Shown piece by piece: positions 1-8,401 of a DNA stretch of 43,956 nt; position 1 is the stretch's first letter, and each line of letters starts with the position of its first letter. The translations under genes and the position numbers were made by a program. The notes under the pieces are model-generated. The model saw only the letters and a program-made list of their open reading frames with translations. It was not told the DNA's origin and did not search any database. Origin of the DNA: Fibrobacterales bacterium (lineage in GTDB: Bacteria > Fibrobacterota > Fibrobacteria > Fibrobacterales > JAOPTW01); the NCBI GenBank assembly GCA_051532035.1, contig JAOPTW010000017.1, positions 1 through 43,956 on the forward strand, in the 5' to 3' direction.

Positions 1-2
1 GG

Positions 3-233
3 GCCACATTGATGCCGGCAATTGAAAAATCCGACTGGGAGACAGCCGGATCGACTGCTCATAGGGTAAAAGGAGCTTCTCGTACTGTAGGAGCCCACCA
101 ATTTGCCCAAGTGGCATCTGAAGTCGAAACTGAAGCCCGTAGTGGTGGTGTTACGGACGGTACATTTAAAAGTATTATAGAGGCTCACACCAGTCTCATT
201 TCCGAAATAGGAGCTCTATATGGTAATGAGTGA
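3..233 (+). CDS. C-terminal HPt (histidine phosphotransfer) domain, 5'-truncated by the window edge; probably the end of a hybrid sensor kinase
   Basis: Frame is open from the window start; AHRVKGASRTVGA matches the HPt H-x-x-K-G motif; stop overlaps the downstream response regulator. Confidence 0.85.
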   Translation, partial: ATLMPAIEKSDWETAGSTAHRVKGASRTVGAHQFAQVASEVETEARSGGVTDGTFKSIIEAHTSLISEIGALYGNE

Positions 234-1014
234 ATCTGAAATTAAAACGAAACGCCTCCTTATCATTGATGATCAGTGGTTCATCCGTCAGACCATAGAA
301 GACATGGCAAAAGATTATATCTGCCGAAATGTTTCGAGTGTTGGCAGTGCTGATATCGCACTTGAACTGATACAAAAAAAGACATTTGATCTCCTCTTAG
401 TAGACCTTGAAATGAAAGGGGTGAACGGTCTTGAATTCATTAAACAGATTAGATCTGACAAAACCCGTCAGCCTGCCGATACCAGAATAATAATTATGAC
501 CTCCCATTCCGAACGTGAAATTCTTGGTTCAGCTATTGCTCTAGACATAAACGGCTTTATTGTAAAACCCTGTTTACTCCCTGTTCTTAAAGCAAAAGTT
601 TTCAAAGCCTTCGACGAAGGTTTTTCAGTGCGCAGCCCTCTTGCATATGAAATAATTGCCACCAATATCATTTCTGATTCAAGCGTAAAAACAGAAGAAC
701 CAGAGGGAGAAGAACCTGCAAGTGAAAAAGAACCGCAAGAGAGCTCCGATACCGATACTGAAAGGCTCCAAGAACCACCATCTCCCGTAACTGCAACGAT
801 TATTGAAAACGGCAAAGAGGTTGAGGTCAACGTACTCTCAGTATCTATCGATACTCTTGAGGAAGGAATGCAGCTCAGCAGTGATATTAGATTCAATAAT
901 GGAGAAATATTGTTAAAATCTGGTGCCAGTCTTTCTCAACAAATGATAAACCGCATCAAAGAACTTAAAGATAATCTTCCTGAATCTCTGACAATAACTT
1001 CAGAAGGGGTATAA
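220..1014 (+). CDS. Response regulator (REC domain, acidic linker, small C-terminal domain)
   Basis: LLIIDD, LLLVDLEM (phospho-Asp), MTSHS and FIVKP receiver motifs; overlaps the HPt gene by 14 nt. Confidence 0.88.
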   Translation: MVMSESEIKTKRLLIIDDQWFIRQTIEDMAKDYICRNVSSVGSADIALELIQKKTFDLLLVDLEMKGVNGLEFIKQIRSDKTRQPADTRIIIMTSHSEREILGSAIALDINGFIVKPCLLPVLKAKVFKAFDEGFSVRSPLAYEIIATNIISDSSVKTEEPEGEEPASEKEPQESSDTDTERLQEPPSPVTATIIENGKEVEVNVLSVSIDTLEEGMQLSSDIRFNNGEILLKSGASLSQQMINRIKELKDNLPESLTITSEGV

Positions 1015-1107
1015 CGCTCCAACTCCAAAGCATTGTTTTTCTCTGAAAAGTCTATTATTTTTTGGGTAAAACTTTCAGTGTCAGAACCGTCACATTCTAA
1101 CTCCTTT

Positions 1108-1779
1108 TTAAGTATTCATCACACGGGCATGCTTATAAAAACCATTCTTCTGCTGATCTGTGCCCTCACCCTCGGAACGAATGTTCTTTTCAGCCTCCCC
1201 TTTATTTTCTACTTCTCCCATTGCTTTTGACTCACTCAATACTTCTCTTCTCTCTGCTATAGCCTCACGTTCCTTATCCAAAAAATCTTCCAAATCAGGA
1301 AAGGCCCTGAGTAAAAGGTTTTTCAAATCGCTCGGCAAACGGTCAAAGCGCGCCGAAATAGTTTCTGCAAGCTCTTCTTCGCTCATTTCAGCAACATGAG
1401 ATACATCATTCTCCTCTACTTCGGTACCAATGGTTTTTAGAACATCTTGAATAATGCTCTTGAGCTCTTCAAGCTTCGATCGTTCAGGGCCATCAGCAAC
1501 CTCTGCATTTGTATCACTGTTTTCTAGTTTTGCATAATCTATCACCCCCGAATAGAGCATCTTTATCAGAGCAAACATCTCTTTTATCGCACTTTCTTCG
1601 TCTCTAGAGTCAATCTCTTCTTCTTCACTTTCTTTGGCTGCTTCTACAGTATCTTCTTTAACCATCTGCTCATGTATGATTACATCAAACGTATTGCTCG
1701 CTGACGATTCTGGCTTCGTGTTTTTTGAGAGTGCATTTGAATAAAGTGATGATTGTTCATCAATTACAGTGACGTTCAT
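1108..1779 (-). CDS. Hypothetical acidic, probably helical protein
   Basis: 236-codon ORF with protein-like Glu-rich composition; ATG at 1779 chosen over the non-ATG start at 1818; no family recognised. Confidence 0.6.
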   Translation of the reverse strand: MNVTVIDEQSSLYSNALSKNTKPESSASNTFDVIIHEQMVKEDTVEAAKESEEEEIDSRDEESAIKEMFALIKMLYSGVIDYAKLENSDTNAEVADGPERSKLEELKSIIQDVLKTIGTEVEENDVSHVAEMSEEELAETISARFDRLPSDLKNLLLRAFPDLEDFLDKEREAIAERREVLSESKAMGEVENKGEAEKNIRSEGEGTDQQKNGFYKHARVMNT

Positions 1780-1840
1780 AGTAAACCTAATAAAGAGCTT
1801 TCCTATATAGTGTCGCAATAAATGTACCGTTATCGATTGA

Positions 1841-1859
1841 CGATTTTACAGTAAAATCG
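1841..1859. promoter_or_regulatory. Perfect 9-1-9 palindrome, possible operator for the 1108-1779 gene
   Basis: CGATTTTAC-A-GTAAAATCG, about 60 nt upstream of the ATG. Confidence 0.4.
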
Positions 1860-2083
1860 GCACTTGTAATAAAATAGAGCGGCAAATTTTTCTTTTCGTC
1901 TATTATGAAATTAAAACTTCAGAAGTTTCTGTAGCTATAGTAATAAGTTTTACTGTAGTTCGCTAAGTACATCCCCACATTTACTCAATCCTTGGAGTAC
2001 TCAATACAATGAATAGTCAAATTAACCTCCAATGATTCACACAGTATATAGGGAGTTGTTCGAGGTGCCATATCACCTTTAAA

Positions 2084-2113
2084 TACCCGACTCACCACTC
2101 GGCAAGTCGGGTA
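2084..2113 (-). terminator. Stem-loop downstream of the AGE gene, probable terminator
   Basis: TACCCGACT (2084-2092) / AGTCGGGTA (2105-2113); only a short T run follows on the minus strand. Confidence 0.45.
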
Positions 2114-2148
2114 GAGGAACCATCAATAGATGATTGTATTACCACTGA

Positions 2149-3948
2149 TTAGTGGTGTTTTTTAATGTTCTCCCAAAAAGAACCATCAAAGAGGCTCTTC
2201 CCCCATTTGGTTGATGCACGCTCATTTTTTTTGAGAAGTTTTCCACTTCTTTTGTCACACTTATTTTTAAAGGTACTTTTAAAGATCACTTTAAATTTAC
2301 CGCCTACACCCGGAGCAATGCTCAGCGTGCGACTTCTTTTATTATATGCTCTAAATCGTTTACCATCAATTGATACTCGTTTGATTTCAACCGCACCATC
2401 TACGCCTTCAAATGGATTAAGTTGAATCTCTCGTGCCTCATCTTGTGGCTCAAAATAGTAATAGAGTGTAAAGGGTTTATTATTTACAAACGTACTGCCA
2501 TAGAGATAGGCAAGGTATGCAAGCTCAGCACCATGATACCCTTGATCCCACATCTCTGCTTTGGCCGAATCAACAACATCACCAGTCTTCGATACCGTCA
2601 ACCAATGCCCACCATATTCAGTATCAACAAAGTGATTGTGAAAAAAGTCAATAGACTCATCTGCCATTTTTAGATACAGATCTTTATCTTCCTGAGTCTC
2701 GGCAATAGAGTAGTTCATAAGACCCGCAGTCAGACCTTGTTCAAGCTGCCACGAACCTTTATTTTCTACAATATTCACCTCTGCATTTCCCAGAGAATCA
2801 TAGGTCCACTCAGCAGTACTATACAGTCCGCCATTTTCAAAATCGTAGCCACCATTTTCGAGTACATATTTTATCAGTGCAGCTGCACCCTCACGATATT
2901 CAGGCTTAGGGTCAAACTGATAGACCCGCGCAATAATCCAGGCAGTCTTTACGATATGCCCAATACTCACATTGCCCCCATCAATTGCATTCCAGTCGCT
3001 ATCAAAATCAGTCACATTACCCCAAGGAACAGTACCAAGGGACCCAACCAAATGTTCAACCGCCTGGTCTGCTACTGCCACCATACGGGCAAAGTGCGCA
3101 GGATCTCTTGTGAGCATATAGAGGTGTGTTGCGTGGGTAGTAATTGCATCACCAATACCCGTAAAGCTTTTGTTACGTTTATTCGACCAATCGAGGTCTG
3201 CATCCATATAATATCCTTCGCGACCTGGGGTATCATCCCACATAATGTCGCTAAAGAGCTCTGATGCATTTGAATACCACTGAAGATCGGAGATTGAATC
3301 CTGTACATCTTCCATACCCTCACGCATTTTTGTACCACCAGTCGCTTCAACAACGGCACCAATACCTATGAGTGGATACATTTGCTGATAGCTCCATTTC
3401 CAGCTATTTGGCTCCCACCAATTTCCTGGAAGCCACGCTGCTGGGTTCCCTTCGGCATCGGTACTAAACCACCAACCACCGTCGTTCTCTCTATTCCAGC
3501 CATGCTTATAGAGAAAATCAAGAGCTTTATCTGCAAGCTCTAGGTACTTTTCATCACCCGACACCTGGAATGCTTTTGCAAACTGGTAGGCCGCTCGTGA
3601 ATGGCATGTTATTGATTTAAGGTGATAGGTAAATTCGTTATACGGATCTACACCAGCAAGCCACCCATTCGAGAAATCTGGATCATTTACTTTATTAATC
3701 CAGTTCCAATAATAGAAAACCTCAGGTTGTACTTCATCAGGATACGCCGGCTGCCCGTCCCGGGTAAGAAATTGATAAAACCCACCATTCTCTTTGTCTT
3801 CTGCCTTTTCAAACAGGTCTGCTTGTTTAATGATAAAATCAATATTCGCCTCTGGGTTTTTAAGATACTCTGACTGCACCTTATACTTCGCTTGCACTGC
3901 CCCGCAAACCACTAAAACCGAAACAATTGTCGATACTATTTTTTTCAT
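2149..3948 (-). CDS. Secreted AGE-family (N-acylglucosamine/cellobiose 2-epimerase-like) alpha6/alpha6-barrel protein
   Basis: Signal peptide MKKIVSTIVSVLVVCGAVQA; motifs D.ENGGFY, HSRAAY.F, W.R.ENDGGWW, IGH..KTAW, YDFENGGLY, D.EYGGHW, GYH; SD AGGAG upstream. Confidence 0.8.
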   Translation of the reverse strand: MKKIVSTIVSVLVVCGAVQAKYKVQSEYLKNPEANIDFIIKQADLFEKAEDKENGGFYQFLTRDGQPAYPDEVQPEVFYYWNWINKVNDPDFSNGWLAGVDPYNEFTYHLKSITCHSRAAYQFAKAFQVSGDEKYLELADKALDFLYKHGWNRENDGGWWFSTDAEGNPAAWLPGNWWEPNSWKWSYQQMYPLIGIGAVVEATGGTKMREGMEDVQDSISDLQWYSNASELFSDIMWDDTPGREGYYMDADLDWSNKRNKSFTGIGDAITTHATHLYMLTRDPAHFARMVAVADQAVEHLVGSLGTVPWGNVTDFDSDWNAIDGGNVSIGHIVKTAWIIARVYQFDPKPEYREGAAALIKYVLENGGYDFENGGLYSTAEWTYDSLGNAEVNIVENKGSWQLEQGLTAGLMNYSIAETQEDKDLYLKMADESIDFFHNHFVDTEYGGHWLTVSKTGDVVDSAKAEMWDQGYHGAELAYLAYLYGSTFVNNKPFTLYYYFEPQDEAREIQLNPFEGVDGAVEIKRVSIDGKRFRAYNKRSRTLSIAPGVGGKFKVIFKSTFKNKCDKRSGKLLKKNERASTKWGKSLFDGSFWENIKKHH

Positions 3949-4255
3949 CTATTCTCCTATAGAGGGGTTATTGTGCCTCATTCCCTTTGAATGTAGGCAC
4001 GTCGATGCATGTGATTTTTTGTGTCCCGATCTGATTATGCAGAATTGCCCAACACAACCCTATGGGCCCAACTATTTTCACATACATCAGCTATTCTATA
4101 TAACTAAAATAACCCAAACCATAATGACGAATGAAAAATTGGGGGTAGTATGTAGTGAGATTTAACATTGCTTACTAAAAATAAGCACCGAGAGTTACCA
4201 TTAGCTATTTTTTTAACAGGATATCCATTTGCAATAGCATATGTAGTGTATTCTT

Positions 4256-4738
4256 TTATGGTCTCATTATTTTTGTAACAATCTCTAATGACATTTGTGT
4301 TTTTTCAGCAACCTCAGCATCAGACATCCCTGACTTAGAGAGTCTCAAAACAACACTATCCATTGGTTCTGCAACTTCAATTATAAATGTATCAGGATCA
4401 TAAAATCTTAAGGTTCTTTGTCCCCATATTTCTTCTTTTAACTCATGAATCATGGCAACGTTATTTACCTTAAGTACATTAAACACAGCCCCAATATCGT
4501 TACTTTCGAAGTACAACTCTATAGGCTTAACTTTTTCATCAAACCTATCAGACTCAATAGAGCCATAAATTATTTTTTCTGCACGTTTAATTTGCCACAA
4601 AGAAAGAGCATCTTTAAAAATAATATTCTCTCCAAAGTCATGTTCAATTTCTAGAGAAAAAATATCTTGATAAAATTTCTTTGACGCTTCAATATCTTTT
4701 ACAAATATTACGGGCATTGAAAATGTTATTTGGTTCAT
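4256..4738 (-). CDS. VOC/glyoxalase family protein with C-terminal helical extension
   Basis: VKDIEASKKFY, ELYFE, E.WGQRTLRFYDPD..IIEV motifs. Confidence 0.88.
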   Translation of the reverse strand: MNQITFSMPVIFVKDIEASKKFYQDIFSLEIEHDFGENIIFKDALSLWQIKRAEKIIYGSIESDRFDEKVKPIELYFESNDIGAVFNVLKVNNVAMIHELKEEIWGQRTLRFYDPDTFIIEVAEPMDSVVLRLSKSGMSDAEVAEKTQMSLEIVTKIMRP

Positions 4739-4787
4739 ATGGTTACCTGTTTAATGGTATTGATAAAGTGTTTCTTCGTTTTTAAAA

Positions 4788-7700
4788 TTAAAAGAGTATT
4801 TCTATTGGAGTGCTCTTATTTACCATTGTACCATCACCAAGTTGTCCCACACTATTATTTCCTGTTGCCCATAATGTACCATTTGTTTTTAATATCATTG
4901 TGTGGGTTTTCCCGGCAGACACACTCGCAACACCGGTCATTACCGGAACGGGGGTACTTTTAGTTAAAGTAGAACCATCACCAAGTTGACTATCATAATT
5001 ATATCCCGTTGCCCATAAACTGCCATCTGTTTTTAATATCATGGTAAAGTTATCCCCTGCAGACACACTCGCTACATCGTTCATCACGTGAACCGGCATG
5101 CTCCTTTGAGCAGTAGTACCATCTCCAAGTTGACCATAAGAATTATACCCAGTAGCCCATAAGGTGCCATTTGTTTTTAATATCATTGTGTGAGATCCCC
5201 CTGCAGACACACTCGCTACATCGGTCATTACAATAACGGGGATACTTTTATTCAAAGTCGAACCATCCCCAAGTTGACCATTATAATTATTTCCTGTAGC
5301 CCATAACGTGCCATTTGTTTTTAATACCATTGTGTGAGATACACCTCCAGAAACACTCGCAACACCAGTCATTACCGGAACGGGAGTATTTGTTTCTACA
5401 GTTGTCCCATCCCCAAGTTGACCCATATGATTATATCCAGTAGCCCATAAAATGCCATCTGTTTTTAGTACCAATGTGTGATATACACCTGTAAAAACAC
5501 TCGCAACACCGGTCATTACCTGAAGAGGGGCACTTTTATTTACATTCGAACCATCACCAAGTTGACCTCTCTGATTATACCCAGTAGCCCATAAGGTGCC
5601 ATCTGTTTTTAATATCATTGTGTGAGATGCTCCTGTAGAAGAACTCGCAACACTGGTCATAACCTGAACGGGGGTACTTTTATCAACAGTCGAGCCATCA
5701 CCTAGTTGACCATTATAATTACGTCCAGTAGTCCATAATGTGCCATCTACTCCTAAAATCATTGTATGATAATACCCTACGGTAACATCAGCAAAATAGT
5801 ACCTTTCAAACTCCGCTTTTATAAAGCCGTCTTCATCATTACAGGTCACTGTTAAAGATGTTTGATCATTGACCACACAACCATCATACCCGGTCCATGT
5901 TAAATGGTAGCCTACATCTGATGTTGATACAATAGGAAGGGCTGTAGCCTCACCATGATTTAAGGTTGCGCTCGTTTGGCTTACTGTGCCATTCCCTTCA
6001 GCTTGCACAGAAATCACGTACTCTTTTCTCATATAATTAATATTAACCACACCAGTTCCGGAAGAGGTATAGCTAATGGTATTTCCATTAGTAGTAATAT
6101 TAGAGCCAACACTTATATCTCCAAAATTATATCCCGTTTTTGGTGATGGCGTAAATGTATACGGACCATTATCCTCTGTTAAAATAACAGTAGTGAGTGT
6201 TGATGTGTGAACTTGGCTACAATCTATGCTGGTTCCATTTAAAAAGCAAGCAAAGCTAATTTCAACTTGAGGCATAGCAACCTTTTCAAAGGCAACGGTA
6301 ATATTAAAAGCGTTACCACTCGGGTTAAAATTCCCAGTCATAATTCCTGTTACAGTAAAGTTACTTCCATTATGAGTCATTTCTAAGCCAGTTGACGAAA
6401 CACTTGATATTGCACAATAGTCACCCTCTGTAATAATGAGCGGTACAGCGCCTGCCCCGACAGAATAATTATAAGGACCTGCTCCAACAGTTCCACATGC
6501 ACCAGTTTTAGTTACAGTAATGGTGTAATCTATTTTCTCAAATTTCGCATTTATGATACTTGACTTGCTACAAGTAATGTTAAGTGGATCTCTATTATTA
6601 ATAGTACACTCTCCCGATGTAGGAACCCACTCACTGAATTCATACCCATCAGTTGGGACTAGAGTAACACCAGAAACTTGTGCTGCAACCCCGGCAATTA
6701 CTTCAAAAGGAGGAATAGCAACGGCTCCATTTCCAAAAGATTGAAAAGTAATAGTATGATGTTGTTGCACACTCGATGAAGATGAAACGCCCTCTGAAGA
6801 AGATGAAGTTGAAGAAGAAGAAGAAGAAGAAGAAGCTTGACTCGACTTAACGTCGTCACTAGAACTCACTACAATCTCTACCGAACTTGAACTTACTAGA
6901 GCTTCGTTGGAACTAGAACTCACTACAACCTCTACGGAACTTGAACTTACTAGAGCTTCGTTGGAACTAGAACTCACTACAACCTCTACGAAACTTGAAC
7001 TTACTATAACTTCTTTGGAACTTGAGGTAACTACAACCCCTACAGAACTAGAAGGCATTTCAATACCCGCCACCACATTCTCACTCGAACATAGAACAGT
7101 GACCGTATCACCATACACCGAAACATACCCAAGAATATCTAACTCAGAAACCCCAATGATTGACTCAAGGGTTACCGCAGCAGAATTTACCCCTCTCTCC
7201 GAAAGAGAATCCGTAAGTTGCACCACTAAATACGCCACATCAGCCCCTTCTTTGAGGCTATAGGTTTCAAAAAGGGTTAATAGCGTTGAGTCCGTCTGAG
7301 TGGTATCTTTTTTAAACAAAATATAGTCGACAAAAAGTGAGTCAAAAACACGATCTCTATCAGAACGATCAAGAGCTGCATCTGTAGTAATGCGATTCTG
7401 AAATTCACCAAGAAGAGACGCTATTTGAGGGTTTACCCCACCGTATACTTGACCTTCTGCTTCTGTATATTGAAACAACCGGCCTTTTTCAATAATCGGA
7501 AGCCCATATGAATAACATCGATAGTCAACGGTTACCGCTACATCTACATCGGATGCAATAGGAAACGAAATTTTAACAAGGGGTGCAAGACCATCATAAT
7601 CTTCACCATGCACATACGTCAACGTATCAACGGCCCCGCCAACATTGCGATCCACCACAATACTATCTATCATCAGAAGCTTGGTATTTTCTATAGAGAT

Positions 7701-7793
7701 CACATAATCTCTTGAACCCGATACATTGGTTGTTTGACAACCTAATAAAATAAATAATGCCATTAGTGCAAAAACAAGAATTAATCTTTTCAT
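4788..7793 (-). CDS. Lipoprotein with Ser-rich linker, beta-rich (InlB B-repeat-like) stalk and C-terminal 7-bladed RCC1/BLIP-II-like propeller
   Basis: Lipobox LLGC; poly-Ser linker; seven HTMILKTDGTLWATGxNxxGQLGDG-type repeats. Confidence 0.88.
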   Translation of the reverse strand: MKRLILVFALMALFILLGCQTTNVSGSRDYVISIENTKLLMIDSIVVDRNVGGAVDTLTYVHGEDYDGLAPLVKISFPIASDVDVAVTVDYRCYSYGLPIIEKGRLFQYTEAEGQVYGGVNPQIASLLGEFQNRITTDAALDRSDRDRVFDSLFVDYILFKKDTTQTDSTLLTLFETYSLKEGADVAYLVVQLTDSLSERGVNSAAVTLESIIGVSELDILGYVSVYGDTVTVLCSSENVVAGIEMPSSSVGVVVTSSSKEVIVSSSFVEVVVSSSSNEALVSSSSVEVVVSSSSNEALVSSSSVEIVVSSSDDVKSSQASSSSSSSSTSSSSEGVSSSSSVQQHHTITFQSFGNGAVAIPPFEVIAGVAAQVSGVTLVPTDGYEFSEWVPTSGECTINNRDPLNITCSKSSIINAKFEKIDYTITVTKTGACGTVGAGPYNYSVGAGAVPLIITEGDYCAISSVSSTGLEMTHNGSNFTVTGIMTGNFNPSGNAFNITVAFEKVAMPQVEISFACFLNGTSIDCSQVHTSTLTTVILTEDNGPYTFTPSPKTGYNFGDISVGSNITTNGNTISYTSSGTGVVNINYMRKEYVISVQAEGNGTVSQTSATLNHGEATALPIVSTSDVGYHLTWTGYDGCVVNDQTSLTVTCNDEDGFIKAEFERYYFADVTVGYYHTMILGVDGTLWTTGRNYNGQLGDGSTVDKSTPVQVMTSVASSSTGASHTMILKTDGTLWATGYNQRGQLGDGSNVNKSAPLQVMTGVASVFTGVYHTLVLKTDGILWATGYNHMGQLGDGTTVETNTPVPVMTGVASVSGGVSHTMVLKTNGTLWATGNNYNGQLGDGSTLNKSIPVIVMTDVASVSAGGSHTMILKTNGTLWATGYNSYGQLGDGTTAQRSMPVHVMNDVASVSAGDNFTMILKTDGSLWATGYNYDSQLGDGSTLTKSTPVPVMTGVASVSAGKTHTMILKTNGTLWATGNNSVGQLGDGTMVNKSTPIEILF
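4795..5790 (-). repeat. Seven RCC1 blades with exact 144-bp (48-aa) period
   Basis: Anchor CCATCnCCwAGTTG at 4831, 4975, 5119, 5263, 5407, 5551 and 5695; outer boundaries approximate. Confidence 0.9.
6811..6834. repeat. (GAA)8 microsatellite encoding poly-Ser on the minus strand
   Basis: Read directly from the sequence. Confidence 0.9.
6859..7006. repeat. 54-bp near-perfect tandem repeat, about 2.7 copies (18-aa VVVSSSSNEALVSSSSVE linker unit)
   Basis: Units start at 6859, 6913 and 6967 with only a few substitutions. Confidence 0.9.
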
Positions 7794-8368
7794 AATAGTC
7801 TCTCTAGGGGTATGAATATTTTGTCAAATTGGAAGTAGTGTGTCCATACAACTCCAAGGCAAAGATAATTAATTTAATATGGATTTGCTTTATGCTCAAT
7901 TTTCACATTTATATGCACGCACTAAACCAATAGAAACACAGGTTTCATGATGGGTATATATATGTTGGCATTGCAGCAGAGTTCATTCGAACGGTTATAT
8001 CGATGAGCTGATTGAAATTACTTACGGCGCAAGGCATTAATTGGATTCATTCTACTTGCATTGAGAGCCGGATAAAGCCCACATACAATTCCAAGTTCAA
8101 TAATGAGTAACAAAAAGCTCAAGGCACAATAAATATTGGGCACAACAACATTAGTTCCATGTAATGTACTGTAAAATAGCAGCGCTTACTATGGTGTTAT
8201 GCTGTAGAATAAATATCTTTGTGCCCCTGGGGACAGTTAACACATCGACAGCTTTTGCAGTTGTGGATTATTACATACATAAATGGGTATTCTGACTTAC
8301 AATATAACAGTACTGACCATCGCATGGTACTGTGGCTAACCATAGTGGTAAGGGTTGAGTTTGATCAG

Positions 8369-8384
8369 GATAATTATAATTATC
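8369..8384. promoter_or_regulatory. Perfect 16-bp palindrome abutting the SD of the 8402 gene; resembles a Fur-family box
   Basis: GATAATTATAATTATC directly followed by AAAGGA; half-sites GATAAT/ATTATC as in Fur boxes but with non-canonical spacing. Confidence 0.35.
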
Positions 8385-8401
8385 AAAGGAAACACATACA
8401 G

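Noticed and set aside
1829..1880. Sigma28 promoter (CGATAA/GCCGAT-like -10 on the minus strand) for the 1779 gene
   Set aside because: No TAAA -35 element at the expected spacing
4010..4060. c-di-GMP-I riboswitch upstream of the AGE gene (minus strand GGGCAA...GGGACACAAA)
   Set aside because: Lacks the GNRA-capped P2 stem and the downstream tetraloop-receptor/P3 elements; resemblance is superficial
4795..7006. Regular 144-bp and 54-bp repeats as a CRISPR array
   Set aside because: Units are multiples of 3, lie in a coding frame, have no unique spacers, and no cas genes are present
7940..8075. Possible decayed gene fragment (HDGYIYVGIAAEF / NGYIDELIEITYG in different frames)
   Set aside because: Too short and not attributable to any family without a translated search
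8219..8401. N-terminal extensions given by the ORF track (also 11986-12135, 21898-21948, 28133-28195, 28288-28356)
   Set aside because: Downstream ATGs have better SD sequences and/or place signal peptides or family N-termini at the start
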